NCBI GenBank assembly: GCA_038230375.1
Contig: JBBRNJ010000037.1
Span: 17,443 to 81,442, forward strand
Direction of reading: 5' to 3'
Source: Polyangiales bacterium
GTDB taxonomy: Bacteria > Myxococcota_A > Polyangia > Polyangiales > Polyangiaceae
Length of the DNA stretch: 64,000 bases
The notes under the pieces are model-generated. The model was given only the letters and a program-made list of their open reading frames with translations, did no database searches and had not been told where the DNA came from. Positions 41,303-51,091 of this stretch are shown piece after piece. Positions within the stretch are counted from its first letter, which is position 1. The number at the start of each line of letters is the position of its first letter. The translations under genes were made by a program, and so were the position numbers.

Positions 41303-42457
41303 CTAGTGAGCGTGCGCGGAGATTGAAAGAGCGAACGCGTCGTTGGTCCCATCGGTGAGCGCCGTCGGGACGCCATTTTTCCAGACCTTCGCGACCTGCT
41401 TGGTGCCCGAAAACTCGTGCCCGGCGACATAGACGTCGCCCGAATGCACGGTAACCGCTAGGCCAGTGGCGCTGTGGGTTCCATCTGTCAGTGACGTGAC
41501 GGCGCCGTTCTTCCAGGTCTGGGCGACATAGCTGGCTCCAATGAGCTCGGAGCCTGCGGCATAGACGTCGCTACCGGAGAGCGCGACGGAGTACGCAACG
41601 GCATCGTTGGTGCCGTCGGTGAGCGACGTGGGCATGCCGTTCTTCCAGGTCCGGGCGACCGTCTTTGTTCCATTCGATTCATGCCCGGCGACGTAGACAT
41701 CGCTTCCGAACAGGACAAGCGAACGGGCAATTGCACTGTTGGTTCCGTCCGTGAGCGCGGTCGGCACGCCGTTCTTCCAGGTCCTGGCAACGCTCTTGGT
41801 TCCGTTCGACGCGTAGCCCGCGATGAAGACATCGCTTCCCGAAAGGGAGAGCGAGAATGCGGTGGCGTTCGCGGTTCCATCCGTGAGGACGGTTGCCGTG
41901 CCGTTCTTCCAGAGCTTCGCCACGTATTTCGTTCCGTTGGATTCGTAGCCCGCAGCGTAGACATCGCCTCCGGACACGGCGAGCGACGTCGCGCCAGAGT
42001 CATTGGTGCCATCCGTGAGTGGCGTGGGTACGCCATTCTTCCAGATGATGGCGACGTACTGCGTTCCGTTGAACTCGTATCCAGCGACGTAGACGTCGGT
42101 GCCGGATACCACGAGGGCGTACGCCACGGCATCCGGCTGCTCGGTGTTGCCGAGGGGCATGTGCCCCTTCGAGCCATTGGTGAGTGAGGTGGGCGACCCA
42201 TTCTTCCAGTACTTCGCCAAATCGGTCGTGCCGTTGGATTCGAAGCCGGTTGCATAGATGTCGATAGCGGGCGCCGAGGAGTCCGCCGCCTGCGCGGCCT
42301 GATCGGGCGCCGCGTCTTGCGCTCCGCCATCTGCGTCTGACTGCAGGGCTGCGCTGTGAGAAGAACACGCCGCGAGACCAACTCCAGTGAGCGCTCCCAC
42401 AGCCAGGAGCGCGCGACGAAAAACCTGTGAGGTGGTTCGCGTGGTGATGCGCGTCAC
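41303..42457 (-). CDS. Lipoprotein with seven ~44-aa repeats (probable beta-propeller)
   Basis: Lipobox LAAC; repeats DVYVAG.E.NGT..VA..WKNG.P..LTDGT..A.A.S...SG; GTGA overlap with the upstream gene. Confidence 0.82.
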   Translation of the reverse strand: MTRITTRTTSQVFRRALLAVGALTGVGLAACSSHSAALQSDADGGAQDAAPDQAAQAADSSAPAIDIYATGFESNGTTDLAKYWKNGSPTSLTNGSKGHMPLGNTEQPDAVAYALVVSGTDVYVAGYEFNGTQYVAIIWKNGVPTPLTDGTNDSGATSLAVSGGDVYAAGYESNGTKYVAKLWKNGTATVLTDGTANATAFSLSLSGSDVFIAGYASNGTKSVARTWKNGVPTALTDGTNSAIARSLVLFGSDVYVAGHESNGTKTVARTWKNGMPTSLTDGTNDAVAYSVALSGSDVYAAGSELIGASYVAQTWKNGAVTSLTDGTHSATGLAVTVHSGDVYVAGHEFSGTKQVAKVWKNGVPTALTDGTNDAFALSISAHAH

Positions 42458-43863
42458 AGGCACGATTGGATGATGCCGTTCTGGCTCAATGGGCTGGGAT
42501 TCGAGCCGTTCGCGCAGTTGGGGCAGGTGTAGAGCGTGTTGGGGGCTCCGCATGCAACCGTGGTGTGGAACGCGGACTGCGCGCTTGGGCTGCAGAAGAG
42601 GCCGCCGCAGCTGTGTCCCGTTGAGGTGGTGCCAGAACACGTGACCTTCGAGCAGAGCTTGAACATCCCGATGTTGACGTACCCACATCCGGAGCACGTT
42701 CCGCCAGAGATCTCCGCGTAGGTCTTCGTCGTCGCGCCGTTGCAATTGTAGTCGTAGAGCATGTTGCCCACGCCGTAGCCCGTGGACTGTGCGGTGGCCT
42801 GGTTGGGGTGCACGAGCTTGCCCTTCGCGTCGTTGACGTCGTAGCAGTCCGTGTTGTTCTGCACGTAGCCGGGGCCCGGCGGAACGGGCAGCCCACCATC
42901 CGGATTCGCGACACAGCCGGGGGCCGCGTGCGTTCCGTCTGCCGTCGGTCCAGGAACCGCGCTCTTGTCACCGTAGCCATCGCCGTCGGCGTCCGGATAC
43001 CAGAGCTGGCACGTCCCGCCGGGACACGCCGCGCACAGGCACTGGCCGACCTTACCGCCCTGCGTGCAGCTGCCGCCGGTGATGTTGCATTCGTCGTTGC
43101 AGCACACCGTCCCGCCGGAGCCGCTGGGACCCGTGACGCAGTGTGCGCTCTGGCATTGTGTCAGTGCGGCGCATGCGGTGCCGTTCGCGAACTTGGGCTG
43201 GCACTTGCCCATCGCGTTGCAGAAGCTGGTGGGCGCGCAGTCGGTCTCGGCGACGCACGACGCCGCGCAGCCGCCATCCGGCTCTCCCTCGCACGCGTAG
43301 GTCCCGCATGAATCGACGCCGAGCTGGCAGTGGCCCTTGGAGTCGCAGGCGGCGCGCCCTTGGTCGATTGTCGTGTTGCAGAAGGAGCCTCCGCACGACG
43401 TAGCGCGGCCGGGATATCCGCACGCGCGCTTGCCATCGCACACGCCTGTGCAGGTCACATCATTCAAGGCCACGCCGCCGTCGGGCAGATTGAGATCGCC
43501 GCCGTCATCGGCGACACCGGCCTCGGGGAGCGCGAGTGCTGCGCATTCCTTGTCGGGATCCTGGCCTGCTGGCACGGGCGTGCACTTTCCGACACTGCCG
43601 CCTTGCGAGCAGCTCTCACAGACGCCGTTGCATGGCGAATCGCAGCACAGTCCGTCGGCGCAATTGCCGCTCTGGCAGTCGTTGCCCATCACGCACTTCA
43701 GGCCGAGGGTCTTCGAACCAGCTCCCGTGTCCGCGGACGCCTCGTCCGTGCTGGCGTCATCGCTCGTCGCGGTGGTCGAGTCGCCGACGCAACCAGAGAG
43801 CCCTTGCGCGCCCCACCCAACAGCCCCGGCGAGCAGCGCAAACACGACAAATTTCCGCCCCAT
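42454..43863 (-). CDS. Cys-rich lipoprotein with a putative metal-binding motif
   Basis: Lipobox LSGC; C.SG.C.DG.CC...C repeats; WYPDADGDGYGD...NTDC.D...HP...DYNCNG motif. Confidence 0.8.
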   Translation of the reverse strand: MGRKFVVFALLAGAVGWGAQGLSGCVGDSTTATSDDASTDEASADTGAGSKTLGLKCVMGNDCQSGNCADGLCCDSPCNGVCESCSQGGSVGKCTPVPAGQDPDKECAALALPEAGVADDGGDLNLPDGGVALNDVTCTGVCDGKRACGYPGRATSCGGSFCNTTIDQGRAACDSKGHCQLGVDSCGTYACEGEPDGGCAASCVAETDCAPTSFCNAMGKCQPKFANGTACAALTQCQSAHCVTGPSGSGGTVCCNDECNITGGSCTQGGKVGQCLCAACPGGTCQLWYPDADGDGYGDKSAVPGPTADGTHAAPGCVANPDGGLPVPPGPGYVQNNTDCYDVNDAKGKLVHPNQATAQSTGYGVGNMLYDYNCNGATTKTYAEISGGTCSGCGYVNIGMFKLCSKVTCSGTTSTGHSCGGLFCSPSAQSAFHTTVACGAPNTLYTCPNCANGSNPSPLSQNGIIQSCL

Positions 43864-43927
43864 CGCCCGATCCTAGCCACATGTGGCGCGCGTCGCCAGC
43901 CGGAAGCGAGGTTGGGGCCGTCGGTCG

Positions 43928-44710
43928 TCAGCGCGCTTGCGGTCGGGGCGGCGCGGGATGATGCGCCTTGGCGTGCGCGACGAAGCGAAGGGCGGACTCA
44001 GGGACTGCCCGGCCTGCACCGACGACCGGGGCCATGTGGCTCTTGCCGGTACCCGTGACCACGTCGAACCCGCCGACGTAGAGATCTTGCGAACCATCGG
44101 TGGCGCCATACAGGTAGCCCCAGCCCGCGACCTTTGGCGCGTCCGCGTCGACGGTGAAGCGCGTCCAGTGCAAGCCGGACGCGACCACGTCCGATCGGGC
44201 TGGATCGGGAACCAGCTCGAAGTACCCGGGCATCCCGGTGCCATCGTCATCGGACGTGATCACGGCGGGAAAGACGCCGGTGACGTTCTTGGATTTCGCC
44301 CCCACCCACAACCCTGCGGTGTACGCGACCGACGGCAGCTTGAACGTCACGCCGAACGTCACGCCGCGCGCGTTCTGCGATGCGCCGGGTATGAAGACGG
44401 CCGCTTGTCCTGCGGGGCTCTGTCCGAAGGCGACGCGATTGACGTGTACCGTCGAGGCGCCGGTCTGCGGATCGGTGAAGAACCACTGGTGAAGCTCGAT
44501 CAGCGGATCACTGACGCGGTTCTCCACGTCACCCCCCGCAAAGAGCGGGACGGTGATCAACTTGCGCACGGCCGTGGACGCAGCGCCGCCATCGTCACGC
44601 GGCGTGGTCCCTGCGTCGTTCGCGACATTCACGGGATTGCTGGACGACTCGCCGCCGCACGCAATGAGCATCACGGCCGCGCAACCGCAGAAGAGAGCAA
44701 CGCGCTTCAT
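43928..44710 (-). CDS. Lipoprotein of unknown function
   Basis: MKRVALFCGCAAVMLIAC lipobox; GGAGG RBS; ATGA overlap with the peptidase. Confidence 0.75.
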   Translation of the reverse strand: MKRVALFCGCAAVMLIACGGESSSNPVNVANDAGTTPRDDGGAASTAVRKLITVPLFAGGDVENRVSDPLIELHQWFFTDPQTGASTVHVNRVAFGQSPAGQAAVFIPGASQNARGVTFGVTFKLPSVAYTAGLWVGAKSKNVTGVFPAVITSDDDGTGMPGYFELVPDPARSDVVASGLHWTRFTVDADAPKVAGWGYLYGATDGSQDLYVGGFDVVTGTGKSHMAPVVGAGRAVPESALRFVAHAKAHHPAPPRPQAR

Positions 44711-46902
44711 GGCGCCTCCAGCCACGCACGGGCGGCGTTCATCAGGGTGTCCTGTCCGTTGATGGCGTCGCTCTGCTTCTCCAGGACGACCTCGTCCGGT
44801 GAAACACCCACCGCGCTCTCGAAGACGCGATTCGGGTCCTTGTCCGCACTGGTGAAGATGCTGTCCTGTATCTGGAGTGAGCCACCGGACGCCGCGACCA
44901 TGTAGGTCGGAAACATCATGACCGATCCGTAGCCGCCCATCGTGGGCACTGGTGAGAACAGCCGGGTTGGACCGTTGCGCGTCTTGATCATGCGCGTGAG
45001 GTAGTCATTGCCGGACACATCCAGCCCGCCCAGGAGCGCGAGCTTGGAGGCCGCATTGTTCTTCGAGAATCCGGTCCCGTCGTAGACGAACTGCAGATAC
45101 TGCGCGCACTCCTTGGACGACGCCGACCAGCACGTCCGCATGGGTCCGAGTGAGCTCTCCAGCTGCGCGCTCTCCAGATTGGGAATCAGCTCGGCGCGCA
45201 CGGGCACTGGTCCGTCGAAGAAGCTGCCGAACAGGAGCGGAAACGCCGGATCGGACCACCCTCCGTTGCCCTCACGCTCATCAAGGAGGAATTTCGCGCG
45301 CGGCACGCTGACCGCATTCTGGACTGCCGCCTTCCACTCGGGGCCTCCTTCATAGACCTCCGCGGGCACTCCGTTGATCATGAGTAGTCGCGTGTCGGCC
45401 GCCAGATCGACCGAGCCCGCAAATGCGTATTCGTAAGTCTGCGCCCCCTGGATGGGGCGCGTGAATCGCGAATCGCAAGGCGTGCGCGTGATATCCGCGG
45501 TGGTGAGGTTGCCATTCCAGATCTTCGCGCCTGCGAGCGCAGCAGCATCCACCTTGATGATGACCACTTCGTTTGCCGTGCACGGCGTGGTCGAATGAGA
45601 GGCACGATCGCAGCGCGCAAACTCCAGCATCGCGCCCGTGTGTGCTGCGATGCCGGGAAGGAGGAGCGACTGATACACCGCCGCGCTCCGTGGATCGCCG
45701 GGTTGGAAGAAGAGTCGCTTCGCCCCGTCCATGAACGCGGCGACGGGCACACCGTTCACCCTGGTCAGCACGTCACCCGGCTGCACAAGGGCGCCACCGG
45801 CCTTCTTTGCGTCGGATTGATAGACGATCGGAACGGCAGCGGTCGCGTCCGCCCCGGGCAACAGGTCGGCTGCACCAGCGCCGAGGCAGATGCCCAGATC
45901 GGGCGCCGTGGTCGGGAATCCGGAGACGGGGGACGAATGCGCATCGCGAAGCGCTTCGATCGAGCGCAGCGCCTTCCAGAAGGACTTGGCATCCGCAAAC
46001 GACGTGGCGGTCGCCATCTGCGCATCCACGTCAGCCATGTGCGAGAGCGCATATCGCCCGCCGGAGAAGGTCCGCGTGACGAAGCGAACGCGATCCACGT
46101 ACGCCTTCCTGACCTCCGCATCCTGCGGCACGGTGCCCAGGACGGACGCCGCGTCGGCGCACTTTCCAGCGAAACAGACCCCGCTCGCACCGCACACCGC
46201 GTCCTCGTTCGTCAGCGTGCATGCCGCATCGGGCACCGCTGCCGCGCCAAGGTCCTGGATCTCGAACGCATCGATGGCGACGCGCGTGTCGTCTCGCGCG
46301 TCCACGCCGGACGTGGGAAACACCGCGCCTGGATCGAGAGTGGTGTTCCTCACAGCCAGATCACGGATGAAGATCGTAGGCGCGAGCACGTGCGCGAGCG
46401 CAAAGTCGATCGGCCCCGTCTCGAGCTCACGGAAACCGTCGTCGGTCCCCCGCCCTGTCGGCGTGAAGCGTACGGTCGCGATCTCCTCGCCCGCTGAAAG
46501 CCACGAGATGTAGACCTCTGCCTGCGTGCCGAGCTGCGGGTTTCCTGGTGCTCCCGGACGCTGCCACAACCGCACATTCACGCGGCGACCCGTGAGCTTC
46601 GACGACAGCGAGCCGAGTGACATGCCGACCCGATACACGGCGCCGCCGACGAAGAACGCCCCCTTCCCCTCCAGCGCAGTCGCGTCCTTGACGAACCGCG
46701 ACGCGAGCGTCTCCTGCGACACCGCGCTGCCCGCAAGCGTGTACGCAGTGATCGGAAGATCTACGGAGGGCGCGTCGAGCGAGCTCGAATAGGCGCTGTC
46801 GAGCGCAAACTTCCCGGTCGCGTTGTCGAACTTGCCGGCATACGCGCAGGGCGCGACCAGCGAGATCGACAGGCATGCAAGCAGGGTGTGACGAAGGCGC
46901 AT
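44707..46902 (-). CDS. Secreted S41-like (tail-specific) peptidase with PDZ
   Basis: Signal peptide, LRDAHS, VQPGDVLTRVNG, LLDEREGNGG, DVSGND, TMGGYG, GVSPDEVV...DTLMNAARAWL. Confidence 0.7.
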   Translation of the reverse strand: MRLRHTLLACLSISLVAPCAYAGKFDNATGKFALDSAYSSSLDAPSVDLPITAYTLAGSAVSQETLASRFVKDATALEGKGAFFVGGAVYRVGMSLGSLSSKLTGRRVNVRLWQRPGAPGNPQLGTQAEVYISWLSAGEEIATVRFTPTGRGTDDGFRELETGPIDFALAHVLAPTIFIRDLAVRNTTLDPGAVFPTSGVDARDDTRVAIDAFEIQDLGAAAVPDAACTLTNEDAVCGASGVCFAGKCADAASVLGTVPQDAEVRKAYVDRVRFVTRTFSGGRYALSHMADVDAQMATATSFADAKSFWKALRSIEALRDAHSSPVSGFPTTAPDLGICLGAGAADLLPGADATAAVPIVYQSDAKKAGGALVQPGDVLTRVNGVPVAAFMDGAKRLFFQPGDPRSAAVYQSLLLPGIAAHTGAMLEFARCDRASHSTTPCTANEVVIIKVDAAALAGAKIWNGNLTTADITRTPCDSRFTRPIQGAQTYEYAFAGSVDLAADTRLLMINGVPAEVYEGGPEWKAAVQNAVSVPRAKFLLDEREGNGGWSDPAFPLLFGSFFDGPVPVRAELIPNLESAQLESSLGPMRTCWSASSKECAQYLQFVYDGTGFSKNNAASKLALLGGLDVSGNDYLTRMIKTRNGPTRLFSPVPTMGGYGSVMMFPTYMVAASGGSLQIQDSIFTSADKDPNRVFESAVGVSPDEVVLEKQSDAINGQDTLMNAARAWLEAP

Positions 46903-47035
46903 GCGCGCTGGTCGTGCAGTGACCGTGCCGCAGACACGAAACGAAGAAACGCCGGGAATTCCGCACCCGCGTGCGTGCGCGTCAATTCACGCACCACCCT
47001 CAGGCGTTCGAAACGCGCACGCCCAGCCTCGACAG

Positions 47036-47317
47036 TCAGGGGATGTTACTGCACTGGCCCTTGCTGCACTTGCCACCCTTGCAGTCCGAGTCGAAGCCGC
47101 ATGAGCCGCAGCGGCCGCTGCCGCATTTGCCGACGTTGCAGTCGGAGTCGAAGCCGCAGTTGCCGCAGGTTCCACCCTTGCACTTGCCGTAGCCCTTGCA
47201 GTCCGAGTCGAAGCCGCACTGGGAGCCGCCCTGCGCCACCTTGGGCCCGACGGCGGAGCTGGCGACGAAGACGAGCGCGGAGACCACGGAGAGGATCGCG
47301 AAGGAACGGAACGTCAT
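47036..47317 (-). CDS. Small secreted Cys-rich peptide with three CGFDSDC repeats
   Basis: Signal peptide then 3 x CGFDSDC-x(4-5)-C-x4-C; 12 Cys in about 60 aa. Confidence 0.75.
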   Translation of the reverse strand: MTFRSFAILSVVSALVFVASSAVGPKVAQGGSQCGFDSDCKGYGKCKGGTCGNCGFDSDCNVGKCGSGRCGSCGFDSDCKGGKCSKGQCSNIP

Positions 47318-47724
47318 GGCCAGAGGCAACCACAACGGTCAGGGCACCACAACAACAAACCTCGACTCGACCGTCAGTGCTCCTCGTAACAGGCGAACGT
47401 CGTGGTACTTCAACGGAGGGCATTCTTGAGGTCCGCGGAGGCCAGTGCAAGTCGTACACGGGCACGCTGCAACTCGATCAGGACGACCACGCGCAGACGC
47501 TCCTCGCCAGAGGCGTGTGCCCGGCGCATCTGGAAGACTGGACCACCGTTCCAGTCCTCTTCACATTGAAGTAGTCACTACAATCGCCACACCGGGTGGC
47601 GCGTGTGTGTTAGCGCTCTCCGTTTGGTCGGAGAAACTCACCCGTTCGCGCAGATGCGCTCTCGGCCCCGAACTTGGGGGCCGGGCGCATGACGTGTGCG
47701 GTGAGAGCTGGCCGGCTTGTCTCG

Positions 47725-50031
47725 ATGGTCTTGGGGGTCGGCGTGCTGGTTCCGCTGTCCTGCGGTGGTCCCGCGACGTCGTACTCACCGCGTGCACCGT
47801 CATCGCTGCGCGCCGCAGATGCGCACGCCACGTGGACCAGCGCGCGCCAGGTGCTGGAGACCCGCTGTGTGGTCTGCCACGGTTGCTACGACGCCCCCTG
47901 CCAGTTGAAGCTCGGCACGTACGAAGGGATCGACCGCGGCGCCTCCGAAGCGGTCGTCTACGACGGTACGCGGCTCACCGCGACAGCGCCAACGCGCCTC
48001 GATGTGGATGCGCACGATGCGCTCGGATGGCGGTACAAGGGATTCCACCCCGTGCTGCCGGAGGGAAAGCAGACAGAGCCGGCGCAGAGCGTCCTCGTCC
48101 GCATGCTCGACCTGAAGCGTGCTCATCCAGTGCTTGCAGCGGCGGACATTGCGAGCGGCTACACGTTGGAGCTCAATCGCAAGCAGACGTGCACCGACGC
48201 TGCGCACTTCGACGAATACGCGAAGACGCACCCGAACTGGGGAATGCCCTACGCGCTCCCGGGGCTCGACGCAAAAGCAGAGCATGCGCTCACCAGCTGG
48301 GTCGACGCCGGGTCGCCACACGATGAGCCCGCGCCGCTGTCCCACGCGGTCGAGGCATCGATCACGTCGTGGGAGCAGTTCCTCAACGCCCCTGCGCTGA
48401 AGAGTCAGCTCGCGGCACGCTACATCTTCGAGCATCTGTTCCTGGCGAGCATCTACTTCACGGGGTTGGGCAATGCAGAGGACCAACTCTTCTTCCGGCT
48501 CGTGCGCTCCACAACGCTCATGGGGCCTGCGGAGGAGATTGCCACGCGACGCCCGTTCGACGACCCCAAGGTCTCACGCGTCTACTACCGCTTCGTCCAG
48601 CGACTCGAGCGACCTCTCGACAAGACGCATATGCCATATCCGTTGAGCCCAGCGCGGCTCCAGACCATGCATGCGCTCTTCATCGAGCCGAAATATCCGG
48701 TCGACAAGCTCCCCGGCTACGACCCCCAGGTGAGCGCTAACCCGTTTCGCGCGTTCCAGGCGATCCCCGCCGAGTCGCGGTATCGCTTCATGCTCGACGA
48801 GGCAGAGTTCACGCTCATGGGCTTCATCAAGGGTCCAGTCTGCCGCGGACAGATCGCGCTCGACGTGATCGAAGATCGCTTCTGGATCACGTTCGCCAAT
48901 CCGAGCGTGCCGTGGATGCGAGAGGAGACCGAGTTCCTGGCGGGGGAGAAACAGGACCTGGATCTGCCCGCGGAGAGCGGCAGCAACGCCGGCCCCTCGC
49001 CTCTGTGGCTGCGCTACGGCAAGGTCCACGAGCGCTACGTCGACAAGAAGAACGAGTTCATGACGCGTGCATTCGCAGCGCAGCCCGGTACGCCGCAGGG
49101 CCCCGCCCTGGACACGATCTGGAACGGCGACGGGAAGAACACGAATGCGGCGCTCACCGTCTTTCGACACAAGGACAGCGCCACGGTGGTCAAAGGATTC
49201 GTTGGTGGTCCGCCGAAGACGGCATGGGTGATTGACTATCCACTGCTGGAGCGAATCCACTACCTGCTTGTCGCGGGCTTCGACGTGTTCGGCAATGTGG
49301 GTCATCAGCTCTCGACCCGGCTCTACATGGATTTTCTTCGCATGGAGGGCGAGGCGAACTTCTTGATGCTCCTTCCAACGTCACGACGTCAGGCGCTCGT
49401 GGAGAGCTGGTATCGCGGGACCCACGGAGGAGCGAAGGCGCGGGTGAACCACGTTCTCACTTCTTTCGCAGGTGAATCGCCCATTCACTACAGGACGCCC
49501 ACGCCCGAGCAGGAGCTATTCGCGTTGCTCGGAGAGCACGTGCACGCCGTTGCCGCGGAGCAGTTCGATCTCGCGCGCGTGGAAGACAGATCGGTGCGCG
49601 CGTCGCTCGAGCGTCTCGCCGGCGTGAGGGGGCCAGCGGCTTCATGGCTCCCGGAGCTCTCGTTCGTGACGGTGTTGCCGCACGTGCATTTCACGATCGC
49701 GCGTGAAAGCGCGCACTCGAACGTCATGTATCTTCTCAACGAAGACGCGCGGCGTGTGAAGGAAGAGGACCAGCTCTCGGTGATGCCGGGATTTCTCGGC
49801 GCGTACCCGAACGCTCTATTCCAGCTCAATCCAACCGAGCTGGACGCGTTCGTGGATGAGATCACGCGTCTCTCCAGTGACGCCTCGTACCATGCTCTCC
49901 GCGGGCGCTTTGGCGTGCTCCGGTCCAGCGCCGACTTCTGGACGCTGAGCGATCGCATCCAGGAAGACCATCACAAGGCCGTACCGATCGCTGGCGGTCT
50001 CTTCGACTACAACCGACTCGAGGCGTACTGA
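47725..50031 (+). CDS. cti: Fatty acid cis/trans isomerase
   Basis: RCVVCHGCYDAPCQLKL heme motif, WGMPYALP, RYIFEHLFL, FIKGPVCRGQIAL, NAALTVFRH.DSA, ERIHYLLVAGFDV.GN, GLFDYNRLE. Start uncertain (47689 or 47725). Confidence 0.93.
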   Translation: MVLGVGVLVPLSCGGPATSYSPRAPSSLRAADAHATWTSARQVLETRCVVCHGCYDAPCQLKLGTYEGIDRGASEAVVYDGTRLTATAPTRLDVDAHDALGWRYKGFHPVLPEGKQTEPAQSVLVRMLDLKRAHPVLAAADIASGYTLELNRKQTCTDAAHFDEYAKTHPNWGMPYALPGLDAKAEHALTSWVDAGSPHDEPAPLSHAVEASITSWEQFLNAPALKSQLAARYIFEHLFLASIYFTGLGNAEDQLFFRLVRSTTLMGPAEEIATRRPFDDPKVSRVYYRFVQRLERPLDKTHMPYPLSPARLQTMHALFIEPKYPVDKLPGYDPQVSANPFRAFQAIPAESRYRFMLDEAEFTLMGFIKGPVCRGQIALDVIEDRFWITFANPSVPWMREETEFLAGEKQDLDLPAESGSNAGPSPLWLRYGKVHERYVDKKNEFMTRAFAAQPGTPQGPALDTIWNGDGKNTNAALTVFRHKDSATVVKGFVGGPPKTAWVIDYPLLERIHYLLVAGFDVFGNVGHQLSTRLYMDFLRMEGEANFLMLLPTSRRQALVESWYRGTHGGAKARVNHVLTSFAGESPIHYRTPTPEQELFALLGEHVHAVAAEQFDLARVEDRSVRASLERLAGVRGPAASWLPELSFVTVLPHVHFTIARESAHSNVMYLLNEDARRVKEEDQLSVMPGFLGAYPNALFQLNPTELDAFVDEITRLSSDASYHALRGRFGVLRSSADFWTLSDRIQEDHHKAVPIAGGLFDYNRLEAY

Positions 50032-50205
50032 CTCAGCATCCGGTCGACAAATCTTCCGGGGCAAGAATCTGCACGTGAGGCGTCCCTGTGCCTCGGAAGC
50101 CTCGAAATGGCGGCGCGACGCGATGTTCACCCTGGCAGGCTCCTTGCTCCGTGTCTGGTAGTACCGACGCGCCGTGAGGTGCGCCCCACAATTCAAGGAG
50201 ATCCC

Positions 50206-50325
50206 ATGCTGCTCGCATCCGTTCCGCTACTCGCTGCTGGTTATTCGCTCATCTACCTGCTCTTCGGAGGAGGTATTGGCGGTGCGGTCCTCATCTTCTT
50301 CGCCGCGAAGCTGCTCGGACGCTGA
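50206..50325 (+). CDS. 39-aa hydrophobic small protein
   Basis: AAGGAG RBS; MLLASVPLLAAGYSLIYLLFGGGIGGAVLIFFAAKLLGR. Confidence 0.65.
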   Translation: MLLASVPLLAAGYSLIYLLFGGGIGGAVLIFFAAKLLGR

Positions 50326-50342
50326 ACCTTTGCCCGCTGTGT

Positions 50343-50939
50343 CTACGGCATGCAGGTGTTTGCGGCCGGCGACGGACACGACAGCGGGACGTTGAAGGTG
50401 CCCTTCACGTTGCCGTCGGGGTACGTGATGTCGAAGCTGCCAGTCACCGCGGTCGACGACACCGTCGCGATGGTGACGGAGCCCGACTTGGCTCCGCGAT
50501 CGGGGCTCGCCTTGCATGCGCCGTCGAGCTTCACGAGCGGCGCGTCCGAATACGGCGGGGTGGAGTGGGTGGAGTCGTTGATCGGGAAGACGCCGGGGAC
50601 CAGCGTTGCGTCCGGACTCTGGAGATCAAGGTTCAGGACCGTACCGTTCTGATGGAAGATCCCACTGCTGCACAGATTCGCCTTGTCCGAGAAGATCGCA
50701 GAGAAGCGCGTCTTCCCGCCCCCGCCCGTGTCCGCGGTGATGCGAGCGTATCCATCGACGGCGGTCAGGCTCACGCCGCCTGCAGAGCCGGTGAGGGCGA
50801 GCAGCGGACCGCCGTCGCCGTTGGTCGTAGCGCCGGACGATGTGGTGCTGCCGGGGCCACACGCGAACGTGAGGAGCGCGAGCACGGGGATCGCGGTGGC
50901 GATGGAGACGGTGAACCGCGAGGAGAGAGGTAGGTGCAT
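50343..50939 (-). CDS. Lipoprotein of unknown function (beta-rich)
   Basis: Lipobox TFAC; SGSVTI....VTGSFDITY..GNVKGTF C-terminus. Confidence 0.75.
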   Translation of the reverse strand: MHLPLSSRFTVSIATAIPVLALLTFACGPGSTTSSGATTNGDGGPLLALTGSAGGVSLTAVDGYARITADTGGGGKTRFSAIFSDKANLCSSGIFHQNGTVLNLDLQSPDATLVPGVFPINDSTHSTPPYSDAPLVKLDGACKASPDRGAKSGSVTIATVSSTAVTGSFDITYPDGNVKGTFNVPLSCPSPAANTCMP

Positions 50940-51091
50940 GGTCCGCGTCGCCACGCAACCGCCGTGCCCCGTCACAGTCGCTCATCGGCGCGGGAAAACC
51001 ACACTTGCCGTCCGCTCCGTGAACTCCAAGCGACAGGTGTATGCCATCTGGATCAGGCCACGCCGGGCCGCAGGCGTGATAGTTTTTCCTC

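Noticed and set aside
41303..42260. 132-bp periodic DNA repeats
   Set aside because: Explained by 44-aa protein repeats, not a non-coding array.
47080..47220. Three 21-bp direct repeats with short spacers (CRISPR-like spacing)
   Set aside because: In-frame coding repeats (CGFDSDC) with related spacers; no cas genes.
47340..47574. Coding-like tail (...GILEVRGGQCKSYTG...VPVLFTLK)
   Set aside because: No credible start or family; possibly a gene remnant but not supportable.
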